Assembly: GCA_024679065.1 (NCBI GenBank)
Contig: JAGIQG010000006.1
Coordinates: forward strand, 93,186,001 to 93,250,000
Reading direction: 5' to 3'
DNA length: 64,000 bases
DNA from: Sphyrna mokarran
Lineage: Eukaryota
The notes under the pieces are model-generated. The model saw only the letters and a program-made list of their open reading frames with translations, was not told the origin of the DNA and searched no databases. Within the stretch, counting starts at the first letter, position 1, and every line of letters starts with the position of its first letter. Position numbers and translations under genes: made by a program. This document shows, piece after piece, positions 24,895-36,010 of the stretch.

Positions 24895-25080
24895 TGGGGG
24901 TCAGTTTAACTCAGTTGGCTGGATGGCTGGTTAGTGATGCAGAGCAATGCCAACAGCATAGGTTCAATTTTGGTACCAGCTGAGGTTATTCATGAAGGCC
25001 TGCCTTCTGAACCTTGTCCCTCACCTGAGATGTGATGATCTTCAAGTTGAATCACCACCAGTCAACTAGGACTTTACTTC
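24895..25080 (+). mobile_element. Third tRNA-derived SINE family
   Basis: A-box-like TAACTCAGTTGG and B-box-like GGTTCAATT, followed by a body unrelated to HE1. Confidence 0.6.
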
Positions 25081-26094
25081 TACTTCATGCCATTACCATA
25101 AATTACTTTTTCTTTCATTCACTCTTCTTCCAAAAATGGGCTTCAAAATTCTTTATTACTGTCTCATTTTAAGGAAGTAAAATGGTCCCCAGGTTTCCAA
25201 TAAGCATTCAATACCTCATTCTTTGAAGTTGAGAGAAATTGAAGTACAAGTAAGGAGCATTCATTCAGTACAAGCTTGGGATATTTAAAAGATCTACTAA
25301 AAATCACTGAAAAAAAACCTCCTCAAGATTGTGGAAGTTTTTTTGTTTTTGCGGCGTCAAGAGTTGGAGCTCTTACAACTCCACAGCTGAATTGTTGTTG
25401 GCCTGGGCTCAAGCTCTCAGGAATTGTCTCTTTTCCACCCTGCTCCTTTTGGAGTCTATGCTGGCCCCAATTGTTGCCGATGGAACCCAAGAACTGCCTT
25501 CCAACGGCTGCTTCAGCCAGTCAGTTATCTGTAGCAATGTGGATGAGACCCTCTACAAAACTTACCTTCAGCTTCTTGCTGCAATGTGATCATTCCACTG
25601 TTTTGCAGCCTGCTATGGTAAGTCCCCATTGTTTCTACAAATTGGGAGCAGGATCTCCTATTTGTATTTTCATTTCACCAAGGAGATCCTGTTGTCCATG
25701 TTATTTGTTAATGCTACAAATTGCTGAATAATTTCATACTTCTGATGAGACAGATGCTGGACTGGAAAAATTTCGCAAAAGAATAGTACATCGGTAGAAT
25801 CCATACTGAAATATTTTCATGTATTTTCTGTACTTCTACTGCATGACCACAAAGCCTATGGAGGAACCTCATTCGTTTTATGGTGCCGCATTGGACACAT
25901 AGGTACTATTGAACTTTTATGAAATGACACATACCAAAGAATTTTGAGCCGATTTTTGGGGAAAAAGTATAGACGGAAGTATCTTGTACAATAATTGTTA
26001 ATGGCATGGAGGAACAATGAACTAGAACTGTAGATACTCGGGCAGACATTTGTCAATTATTAGGATTGTGCCTCTCACCATTTATGTGATCACA

Positions 26095-26270
26095 AGGTAT
26101 TACTGCTGGAGTTTCTCAGGACAGAACCCAGACCCCAGTTATCTTTAGTTGCTTCATCAATAACATTTCCTTCATCATAAGGTCAGAAATAGTTCAAGAA
26201 GGCATCTTGCTATCACCTGCTCAATAGACATCAACATGATCAACAACGCCCATATCTTGGGAATTTTTGT
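26095..26270 (+). mobile_element. Internally deleted LINE RT fragment
   Basis: Translates ITAGVSQDRTQTPVIFSCFINNISFIIRSE, a degenerate GVPQGSVLGP.IFSCFINDL motif. Confidence 0.6.
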
Positions 26271-28520
26271 TCAATGTATTCTCAATCAGCAGAGCTTTCT
26301 GAAACTGCTGTTATTTTAATTCAGATTTTTGAAATCCAATATCAAAGGCAGTTCTAAAAGGTGATTGGCTCCCAGGTCCAATTTAAACAAAATACAAGAT
26401 TAAAAAAAAATGTTAATTAGTCTTTTTCTTTATTATTGCACTGTAACTGTTTTCCTTCTAATCCTGGGTTGCCACCTGCTGTGTTTGCCCCTTCCTCTTT
26501 TATGGCCTTGTAATACTTTGGCCCTCCAGTGCTTTGGTACAAAATCTGTTTAGAATTTTGGCAAGCTAAGGTTTGTGCCTCTGTTTTCTATCATTAAGTT
26601 TTTTTTGTTATTATAATGCAGTGTGGACTATCCAGAGCTGTTAACTTCTTAGCTTAAAGGATGAGACTTTCTTTGGGGTTTTCCCTGATTGGTCACTGTT
26701 GGTGGAAACTTCATTTCAGGAGACTGATTTAAGAGAACCCCTGAGGAAGTTTTCAGTCTTAGCCATTTTAATGCTGTTTCCTTTTTAATATTTTGAGGAA
26801 AGATTATTGACCAGAAACATTACCCAGTGGGAGGATTTTTAGTCACCAATAGGGTGGGTTGGGATATGAAAATTTGTGCCAACCATCCTGTGCAAGTAGC
26901 AGGTAGCCAATTAAATGGTGTTAAAGGCCATTAAAGCTTATTGTTAGAAGCTGACTGTAATTTTTCAATCATCCTTCCAACAGCTTGAAGCACCAGGTCT
27001 AGACCAGCTGCCTGGAAGTAGCAGACACTCCACCAGGGCCCAGGCTGGGTCTATTTTTATTTAACATTTAAAAGAAGTTGGAGAGAGGACATCTCTATGT
27101 TAAGACCCCTTCTTTCTTTTGCCTAAAAAGCAGGTCTGCTACTTCTTCAGTGGTGGAGCACTTTCTATTGGTCTTCCAGTTCTGAGATCCTCCTTGTTGT
27201 CTATCATTGGATGGCATTGGCTCTTTGGTCTCTAATTGGCCAATTCGAGAGTTTCCGCTGCTGGGTGACTGATCGCCAAATATGATTTGTGGCCACCATT
27301 TGACTCTGGCATCAGGGTCCAGCTCTAAAATCTATTTCTCTCCTGATACTGCCTGACTTAAAATATTTCCAACGTTTGTTATTTTTGAATTCCAACACCC
27401 TTATTTTTAATATGAGTATTTTTCTGAAAATCCTACAAACTCTCTCTCTTTTTGCAAATATGGAGGTACAATATTTAAGTAGCTTCAATATACACCCAGC
27501 CTCCACTATTGAGACTGTCTTCTTTATCACTGTTCTCACTTCGTAGACTATCCTGCTTGTCTTGCTGTGTTTACAAAATTCCTTGATTTGACCACCAATC
27601 TTTAAATTTTGTAATCTCCTTTTCTGCTTTTCCTTTTATGTCCTTTGTATTTTGTTGCTGGGTTTGGTCTGTATTGTTAACACTAATTTGATTGTATATC
27701 TTGATTTTATTTTCAAAACTTAATTTTAACCTAACCTAATCTTATCATCTAAGTCTGTTCTATTGTCTCAATTGCTTTACTCCTGATTGAAATGTTTTTA
27801 GCTCGTAGTCTAGCCATGTCACACTTAAACATTTCCCATTGCTTTGCTGTTTTATCTGCCAACATTTCCAGTCAATTAATCAGATGCGTCATGTTGAGTT
27901 GTTCATCTGGAGTAAACCGATGTGGAATGAAAGGGAAAATAGTTGTGACTCATTTAGAGAGCCAAGATCTTTAAATGAACAGCTAATTTTCTTGAATTTT
28001 CTTCAAATAGTGAACAACGTTTATAGTGTCTCCCAGTAATAAGATTTGTCCAGGAGAAATATTATTTTACATTTATAGTGAATTGGCGCATTTACAATGA
28101 GTTCTACATAGGTTTCAGCATGCAGGGTACATGTTTCAATGCAATGGTCAAGATTGGTATATTATTTTCAAGTTGCTAACTCTATGGCTTACCATTAATT
28201 TGGACAAGTTGTGTATGAAATATTGGGGACCAGCTTTTCGTGTTGGAAGCCTGTCTGACATTATAGCCAGGATTGTGGCTGAGCTGCACTTCCCACTGTC
28301 TGAGGAATCTGTGGCCAATGCATCACAGCTAATACTGGCTGCCCCACAGCCATTTAATCATCCAAGGAGTGCTAATTGATTAATCTACTGCCTGTCAGTG
28401 AGGAGGAAGTCCTGCTTCAGAGCTATCATCCAATCCAGTTGGCTAGCAGCTCTGTAGTCACAGTGGGGCCAAAGGCTACAGTGGAAAGGACTGCAACTGC
28501 AAGCAGTTCTCAGAATCTAA

Positions 28521-30200
28521 GGGTGGAATTCTCCCATAGCCTTGCTGGTGGATTCAATGATGGATTGTGGTGGGGACAGGTAAAATTTGATGGGAGTCCA
28601 AAAATTGGTTTCATACCAGTGTGAATTTCCCTTGGGATCTTCTGCTGCTGTCAACTGAGCAAATTGGGAATCCTGCCAGAGGGCAATATGAAATTGATTT
28701 GTAGCCTGCTAATTGGATGCAGATGAAGGCACATTTAGAATCTTTCCCCCCATTCCTGCTTCTCTGTTATGCCAGCTGGAAAACGCATCTGGACCATTCT
28801 GGTGTGCCAAATTCACACTTACCTTTAGGGCCTTGTTCATATCACAGATGTCCAAGGAGAAGATGGAACCTGCAGCTCCTAGATCCTGGAGGAACACACC
28901 ACCTGGAGTGGTGGGTGGATCCTCATGTCTGCTGCATCTCAGAAGATGGGAGAACTCCATGCAGCAGCCTTGATTTTGCTGATGTTGGACATACTTTGGA
29001 ATCTCCGGGGGTCTTTGCTGAGCATTAGTAGCATCTACCATGGTCTTCACTGACTTCTCCACCTTGCTTGATACTTCAGGATCCTCGTCAAGCACTGGTA
29101 GAGATATGACAAAGAGTTGGGTGAAGGAAAGAGGTTTGGGTGAAACTGGGTACTAGATGGAGGGAGGGAGGGAGGTTGCAGGAATGAAGCTGCCTGGGGG
29201 AGGAAGGGGTAGTGGGGGAGAAAGATGCAGCTGTAGGGGAGGATGGAGGAGTGAGGGGTTGAATGTCAGGGGAGTTCAGTGAAGAACTCCTAATCATTTT
29301 CAGAAAATCGAAAGTAATCTCAGTTGTGTGTTGGACAGACACAGGTGCTTTATGGGAGTGGGTGGGTTGGAACACTGGGCAGTGCAAATGGTCAACTGAA
29401 AGAGAATACGAATGAGGCATACTGCAGTCACTGATCCCTGGACCATGATATTTTGGAGTCTTTGTGGATTGTGTGACCATGGATGAGACTTAACCTGGTG
29501 GAGCGAATAACATTCTTCATCTGCTTGTGGCACTGGACTGCTGACCTCCTGTATGCCCCTGTGTATGTCCTTCTGTGCTCATGCTGAGTTTGATTTCCCT
29601 ACTGAGCCATCAGGTTTAAAATATTCCGCCTGACCTCTATTATGGTCAAGGAGAATGTGCAAGGGCAATGTCAATAAACTTGGTGCTGAACAATTACCTC
29701 CTCTTATTGACTTCTTTTCATGGCTAGATGCTGATAATAAGGCCACTGGGCACTCTTAAAGTATGGTACCTGGTATGACAGCGGGGATGCATGTCGTTAA
29801 GCTCTCTCCACGTGGAATACAGCACCGAAACCCCAGATGCATAATAAATAACATTGGGGCTGGAAGGTGTGATGTGTGTTCCTGGCAGGAAACACTCCTG
29901 TCCTTGCTACTGCCATGAGATGTACGGTAGAATTCTCTCACCTGAGACTAGCCCAGGGACAGGTAAATGTGAGGATCTCAGGATGGGGAGAACACAGAGT
30001 CAGGGAGGATAGACAGAGGTGGGTATCTGAAGGGCATGGGGAAGCACCGACAGGCCAATCCTTGTGGGGTGGGGATGGCTGAAGTTGAAAGGAGGCTGTT
30101 GACAGAGGCTCCTCCTTCCTGCTCAAGGTCTGAGTCGGGTCATTCTTCAGGCTTCTAGGTCTGGTGGCTCTGGAAGTTCTCTAGTGAGCTACTGATAAGA
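28521..30200 (-). mobile_element. Decayed PIF/Harbinger element with Myb/SANT-like remnant
   Basis: TIR-like GGGTGGAATTCTCC at 28521. Minus strand 29552-29494 translates RRSAVQCHKQMKNVIRSTR followed by a GT donor, matching the QCRKRMNDL helix and intron position at 43150-43190. Right boundary uncertain. Confidence 0.55.
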
Positions 30201-30308
30201 TTGGTTGACCAATGTGTTGAGGTGTTACGGTTTACCTCATTAAGGAATGTGCTGTACACAGAGTGTTCCCTGCTTTGGGCACATTTCCGTACTTGGCCAA
30301 TTGTCTTT

Positions 30309-30621
30309 CGGTGGCACAGTGGTTAGCACTGCTGCCTGACAGCACTAGGGACCCGGTGCAATTCTGGCCCTGATCACTGTCCGTGTAGAGTTTGCACATC
30401 CTCCTGCGTGGGTTTCCTCTGGGTGTTCTGGTTTCCTATCTCGTTCAGAAGATGTGCGGGTTAGGTTGATTGGCCATGCTAAATTGACCCTAGTGTTTGG
30501 GAGGGGGGGGGTGCCGAGTGGGGTTTGGAAAGATAAATATAGGGGAATAGGGCCTAGATGGGATTCTGGTCAGACATAATGGCTTGAATGGTCTCCTTTT
30601 GCGCCGTAGGAGTTCTATGAT
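30309..30621 (+). mobile_element. HE1-type V-SINE, tail type A
   Basis: CGGTGGCACAGTGGTTAGCACTGCTGCCTGACAG head, core, and tail GAATGGTCTCCTTTTGCGCCGTAGGAGTTCTATGA. Confidence 0.9.
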
Positions 30622-30894
30622 CCACATGTGCTCCAAAGTAATTAGGGATAGTTGGTGTACTTCATGAAGCAACTTCAAGTTCTGAAGCAGAGAATCTATA
30701 AATGTGGTTTGAAACACTCAATGGCAGTAAAGCAAATTGCTATAATTGTCTGCATCTGTTGCATCCAAGAATGCTATTCTCTTGCAGGTAAGATTAGAAT
30801 TTTTCCAAATGAATGATTTATGACTCAGGTCTTTTGTACCTTTTTATTTCAATAATTTACTTATTATTGAAAGTTTCATCTGTGCATACAACTT

Positions 30895-31019
30895 GGATGG
30901 AATTTTTCCGTCCTGTCTGCCAAGAGAATTGTAGTGGGCAGGATATGGACCATGGAAAGGTCGTTGACCTCGGGTGGGAGTTTTGGCATTGAAGCAAGCA
31001 CAGCTGGAAAATCCCACCC
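30895..31019. mobile_element. 125-bp MITE, Harbinger-like
   Basis: Imperfect TIRs GGATGGAATTTTTCC / GGAAAATCCCACCC flanked by the 3-bp direct repeat CTT (30892-30894, 31020-31022). Confidence 0.7.
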
Positions 31020-32235
31020 CTTACTTATAAAATCCAACTTCACCTTCATCAGCCTTTTGTGATAGTTTTTTGTTCAAAACTAAATTCAAATTTATAATGG
31101 AATCTACCTGCGTGCTTTTATCAGACCTCCAATGTGCATTCACATCACAGACTGGTTTATTGTCATCCTGTCAAATTGCTGTCCAGGTATATGAAAATTT
31201 AATTTGTGGTTTCTTTTCACTCATTTATTTGGGATTTTTTTTTAAAAGAATTGTTCATTGTTATAGCAAGGAACCATAAATAATCTTAAAATCATTTGGT
31301 AACAGCTGCCAAAAACTGCAGAGAGCAAGAGGGGAATGTTTTTCCTTATCTTAAATTGAAGTATTTTTTAAAGTTAAAGGCACAAAGTAGTTGAATTATG
31401 TTTTATTAGTAGTTTACAATTAGACTATTTAGAAACGACGAGGTATAGAGGGCAGTCCTTGCCAGCAAGTAAACTTGTTCCTTCATTTCAATTCATGTAA
31501 ATGGGTGTAAAATCACAAGCTGGCAAGTGTAGAAGTGGAAAAACCCAAGTCAGTGATATGTGTCCAAGAATCAGTTGGAAAACACCAAATTTCATGTTTA
31601 GCAATCTCTTATAAAGTTAAGTATCAGTATTGACAGACGTGGAATTTCCCCTTTCAATCTTTCTGTCAGATTCATTGTCTACCTCTCTTCTCACTCACTG
31701 CTGACAGAAACTCAGAATCCACCAGAAAACTAAATCTTGCATTATAAACCCTGCATAATGCATAATAAACATTACAGAAATCTGGCAAACCTCAGGTGAC
31801 CTCTTTCACGTTTATGCAGGAGCAAATCTTCTTTCCTTGATGCTAAGAGACTAAAAGTCCCACACCACCACTGACAACCTGCAGGAGTCCCATCTCATCA
31901 CCTTATCAAGAACCATGAAGTGTTCACACACAATATTGCTAAACACTAGTTATCAACCTCTAGCTGGTGCATGTTTAATAACATCTTGCTGTACATTCTT
32001 AATTATACAGATGGCAAAGTATAAAAATGAAATGCATGTGGATAAAGGGATAAGTAAAAATCTAAGGGATTTATTCAGTTACTCTTAAATCAGTAGTCTG
32101 GATATCATTCACTAGATGACGCAACAACCTTACTTTGAAATAGCCAATCCTCTGCCACGCCAAAAGCAATGTCATTGGAGACAATAAATATGCATTGAGA
32201 ATGTGAACCACCAAACTGTAACAGAGTGGAACATT

Positions 32236-32501
32236 GGGTGGCATAGGGGTGACTGTGTGGAGTTTGCATGTTCTCCCTCTGTGTGGGTTTCCTCTGGGTG
32301 CTCCACAGACCAAAGGTGTGGAGGCTAGCTGGATTGACTATGCTAAATTGTCGCTTAGAGCCCAAAGATATGCGGGATAGGTGGATTAGCCATGGTATGT
32401 GCATGGGGCTATGGGAATAGGGTGAGGTGTGGGCTTGAATAAGATGCTGTTTTGGAGAGCCTGGGCAGAATATCCTCCTGCTGTACTGTAGGGATTCTGA
32501 T
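32236..32501 (+). mobile_element. HE1-type V-SINE with deleted tRNA head, tail type A
   Basis: Core TGTGTGGAGTTTGCATGTTCTCCC...GGGTTTCCTCTGGGTGCTCC and tail GTACTGTAGGGATTCT. Confidence 0.8.
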
Positions 32502-32859
32502 TTAAATATAGCACAACCAAATATTAAGTGCCATGGGACTTTCTTAACATTTCAAAATTAATTTTGGTGGCATAATGTTCAATTTGAAATCATGAAATAT
32601 TTATTTATAAACATCTATCAATTTTTCACAATAAATGAGTATTTGTCCTTGGGTGGATAACTTTCATGTTTGCTGTGAATTCAATCATGAAAGCAAAAGT
32701 CTGAGAACACTATTTAAAATGTCTAACTTAACTTATTCAGTCACTATAAATTTGGATGATCTGAGGTAATATTTAATGATAAATGCATTTAAAGTAAAAT
32801 ATTCAGGTGCAATATTGTAGTTTAGAATTAAACTCCAACCATGGTTTCCTGTAAAGTTT

Positions 32860-34258
32860 CACAAAATCGAATCAGGTTGATACTCTGTTATTTGGATGGG
32901 TAGTAAATGTTGTTCCACTGTTTGAAAAAGGAGGGAGAAAACAGAAAATTACAGACCAGTTAGTCTAATCAGTATTCGGAAAAATACTAGACCATATTAT
33001 TAAAGGATGTGATAAAAGGACAGTTAGAACATATCAACGGAATTTGACAAAGTCAGCATAGATTTTTGAAAGTGAAATCATGTTTGGCAAATCTACTGGA
33101 GTTTCTTTTGAGTTCGTAACTATTGGAGTAGATAAGGGAAAAGAAGTGAGTGTGGTGTACTTAAATTTTCAGAAAGCTTTTGATAAAGTCACAGAAGAGT
33201 TTAGTGTGGAAAAATTAAAGCACATTGGTGTGATTGAGAATTTGTTAGTACAACAACAGTAGACTAAATGGATCTTTTTCAGAGTGACAGGTGGTGACGA
33301 ATGGTGTCCTGCAGTGATCAGTACTTGGGCCCCAACAATTCATAGTATATATCAATGATTTGGATGAGAGAATCAAATGTAATATTTCCAAGTTTTATGA
33401 CTACACAGAATTAAATGGGAATGTGAATGATGAGGACGATGTTAGAAGGCTTCAAGATGATTTAAACAAGTTGAGTGGACAAATACATTGTAGATATAGC
33501 TTAATGTGGAAAAATATGGTATTGTCCACTTTTGAAGGAGAAACCAAATGGCACAGTATTTAAATGGTGAGAGATCAGTAAATGTTAACATCTCTATACA
33601 CCAGTCACTGAAAGCAAGTTTACAGGAACCATACGTAGTTAGGAAAGTAAATGATATATAGACCTGCAATCTAAGATAACTCAAGTACAAGAGCAAGGAT
33701 GTCTGACTGCAGCTGTGAAGGACTTTGATGAGAGCATACCTAGAGCATTGTGTGCAGTTTTGGTCTTACCTAAGAAAGGTTATACTTGCCAGATTGATTC
33801 CTGGGAAGGTAGAATTATCGTATGAGAAGAGATTAGGTCAACTAAGCCTATATTTACTGGAGTTTAGAATGAGGGAGACCTCACTGAATCATATAAATTT
33901 CTGACAGAGCTAGACAGGCATAAATACTGTTTCTTCTGTCTTTGAGTGGGGGGAGAATCAGAACAAGGGGTCACCGCTCAAGACGTTGGGTAGGCCATTT
34001 CAGACAGATATAAGGAGAACCTTCTTCACTCAGAATAGTGGTGAACATGTGGAATCCTCTATCACAAAACTGTGGAGGCCAAGTCAGTGAATATCTTTGA
34101 GAAGAAAATATATAGATTTCTAGACCAAAGATATTAAGGGCATGGGGAGACAGCAGAAGTATGGCTATGAATAGAGGTTCAGCCATGATCATATTGAATG
34201 GCAGACCAGACTCAAGGGGCCAACTGGCCTACTCCTATTCTTATTTTCTATGTTTCTG
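32860..34258 (+). mobile_element. Old 5'-truncated CR1 LINE (RT through 3' UTR)
   Basis: ANVVPLFEKG-like, ENYRPVSL, VDKGKEVSVVYLNFQKAFDKV, ISKFYDYTEL and LEHCVQFWS motifs. 3' UTR is collinear with 22400-22750. Many stops. Confidence 0.9.
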
Positions 34259-34916
34259 CATTAACTTTGTCAACTGAAGTGAAAACTGCACAATGAAGAA
34301 AAATCAGGCAGAGATGCGATGAACAAAATAGCTGTATTCTATGCTGCATGATTTTTATGAATGAAGTCTTCAGGTTGGGGGTTAAGAACAATTTAATTAA
34401 TGTTTCTATTTCCACATATCTATTATGGAATGTGATTTGTATTTAACATGATAAAACTAGAGTAGAAAGATAGAGCAGGTGCGAGGTGCTTTGAAGCAAG
34501 ACTTTCTTTCAAGGCAAATTAAACATTAATTTGATAAGCTTTGAATGGTGTAAAAGGACCATTAAAGGGAATTATAAACACATTGGATACAGGCCTTGGC
34601 TTCTTTTGGTACCAGGGCTATATTTGAGAACAGGGAAATGTCAATGTAAATTAGCAAATTGAAGTACAGAAAAGTACTCATTAAACAATCATTTCTTCAA
34701 TCATCCCAATGAATGAATTCAATTTTCTTTATTTTAGCTGGAATCCCCTAATTTAAATTGCTATTCTTGTGGCAAATTATCTTATGAAGGAACTTGCTAG
34801 GTAAATGGCAAAGCACAATTGTTTCATTGATCCTCAACTATATTTGTTTTTTTAACATTGCAATAGTATGGTTGAGTATAACACCGCAGCTTTTTATATT
34901 GCTCCTGCAAAGCAAA

Positions 34917-34930
34917 TTTGCCATGGCAAC
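34917..34930. promoter_or_regulatory. RFX X-box motif in a TE-free block
   Basis: TTTGCCATGGCAAC is a 13/14 match to the palindromic consensus GTTGCCATGGCAAC. Confidence 0.5.
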
Positions 34931-35399
34931 CGGCATAGGAGATTTTGAAGTGGGTTTTTCAGGAGCTGAGTTAAAAGAACACACACTGAGGGGTTTACGC
35001 CCCTTTTAAACAACCATAATCCGCTTTGAACTAGTTTAGTATGAATGCTCCAATCAGAATGCACAGAGAGACTGTCACTTGTCATTGAGAACGAAACCAG
35101 TTATCACACTATAAACAGCTGGATTGTGGAACCCAATAAAAGATGCTAAATTTTTTGTGAATATTTTTGAACTCTGCTGATGCTTTCCATGTGTATTTTT
35201 TCAATTTTATTGCTAAGAGCATGAAGCAAGAAAAAAAAATTAGCACAACATAGCTGAAACTATTGCTGTAAACATCAGGGACTACTGGTGTGAAACTGAA
35301 TCTTAATTATGTTTGGTGATATTGATAGGATAGATATGCAATAAGTGACTTATTCTTTTACACAAAAGAAAACCCTTGCTACTCTTTTGGATATTCAAT

Positions 35400-36010
35400 C
35401 ATAGGAATAGGAGCAAGCCATTCAGCCATCAAACCTGCACTGCCATTCAATATAATAGTGGCTGATCATGCCTGTTAAACTTTAGTGCCTTTTACACACT
35501 ACCCTCTTTGTTCTTTACGTTATTGTTAATCAGAAATCTATCAATCTCTGCCTTAAGTGTACTCCAGGACTGAGCTTTCACAACTCTCTACAGCAGCAAA
35601 TTCTGAAGATTCACAACATTCTGTATGAAGAATGCTTCCCTCATTTCAGTCCTTTATTTTCAAATTGTGCCCCCTGATTCTAAACTTCCCAGCCAAGGAA
35701 AATATCTTACCTGCATCTATCCTGTCTATTCCTTTAAGTATTTTGTAGGTTTCATGAGATCACATCCCAGTCTTTGAAGTGCTAGAGAATACAGACCCAA
35801 TGTGCCCAATCTGGCTGGTTCCCGGAACAAGTCTGGTGAACCTTTGCACTCTGTCTATGATAATAATGTCCTTTGAAGCAAGAGAATGAAAACTGCATAC
35901 AGTACTCCAGATATGGTCAAACTAAGCTATGTAATTGAAGCAAGACCACCCTGATCCCGTATTCAAATCCCCTTGCAACAAAGGGCAACAGTCCATTCGG
36001 CTTCCTAATG
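35400..36010 (-). mobile_element. Old CR1 3' portion
   Basis: Begins on the plus strand with CATAGGAATAGGAGCAAGCCATTCAGCC (CR1 terminus) and contains AAACTGCATACAGTACTCCAG (LEYCMQF on minus). Confidence 0.85.

Noticed and set aside
25276-25731. Longest ORF in the track (151 aa)
   Set aside because: Non-ATG start, no recognisable domain, no convincing splice context; consistent with chance.
25742-25772. CTGATGA ... GAAA hammerhead-like words (a CTGATGA also occurs at 59722)
   Set aside because: No convincing stems II, III or I, and no Penelope context.
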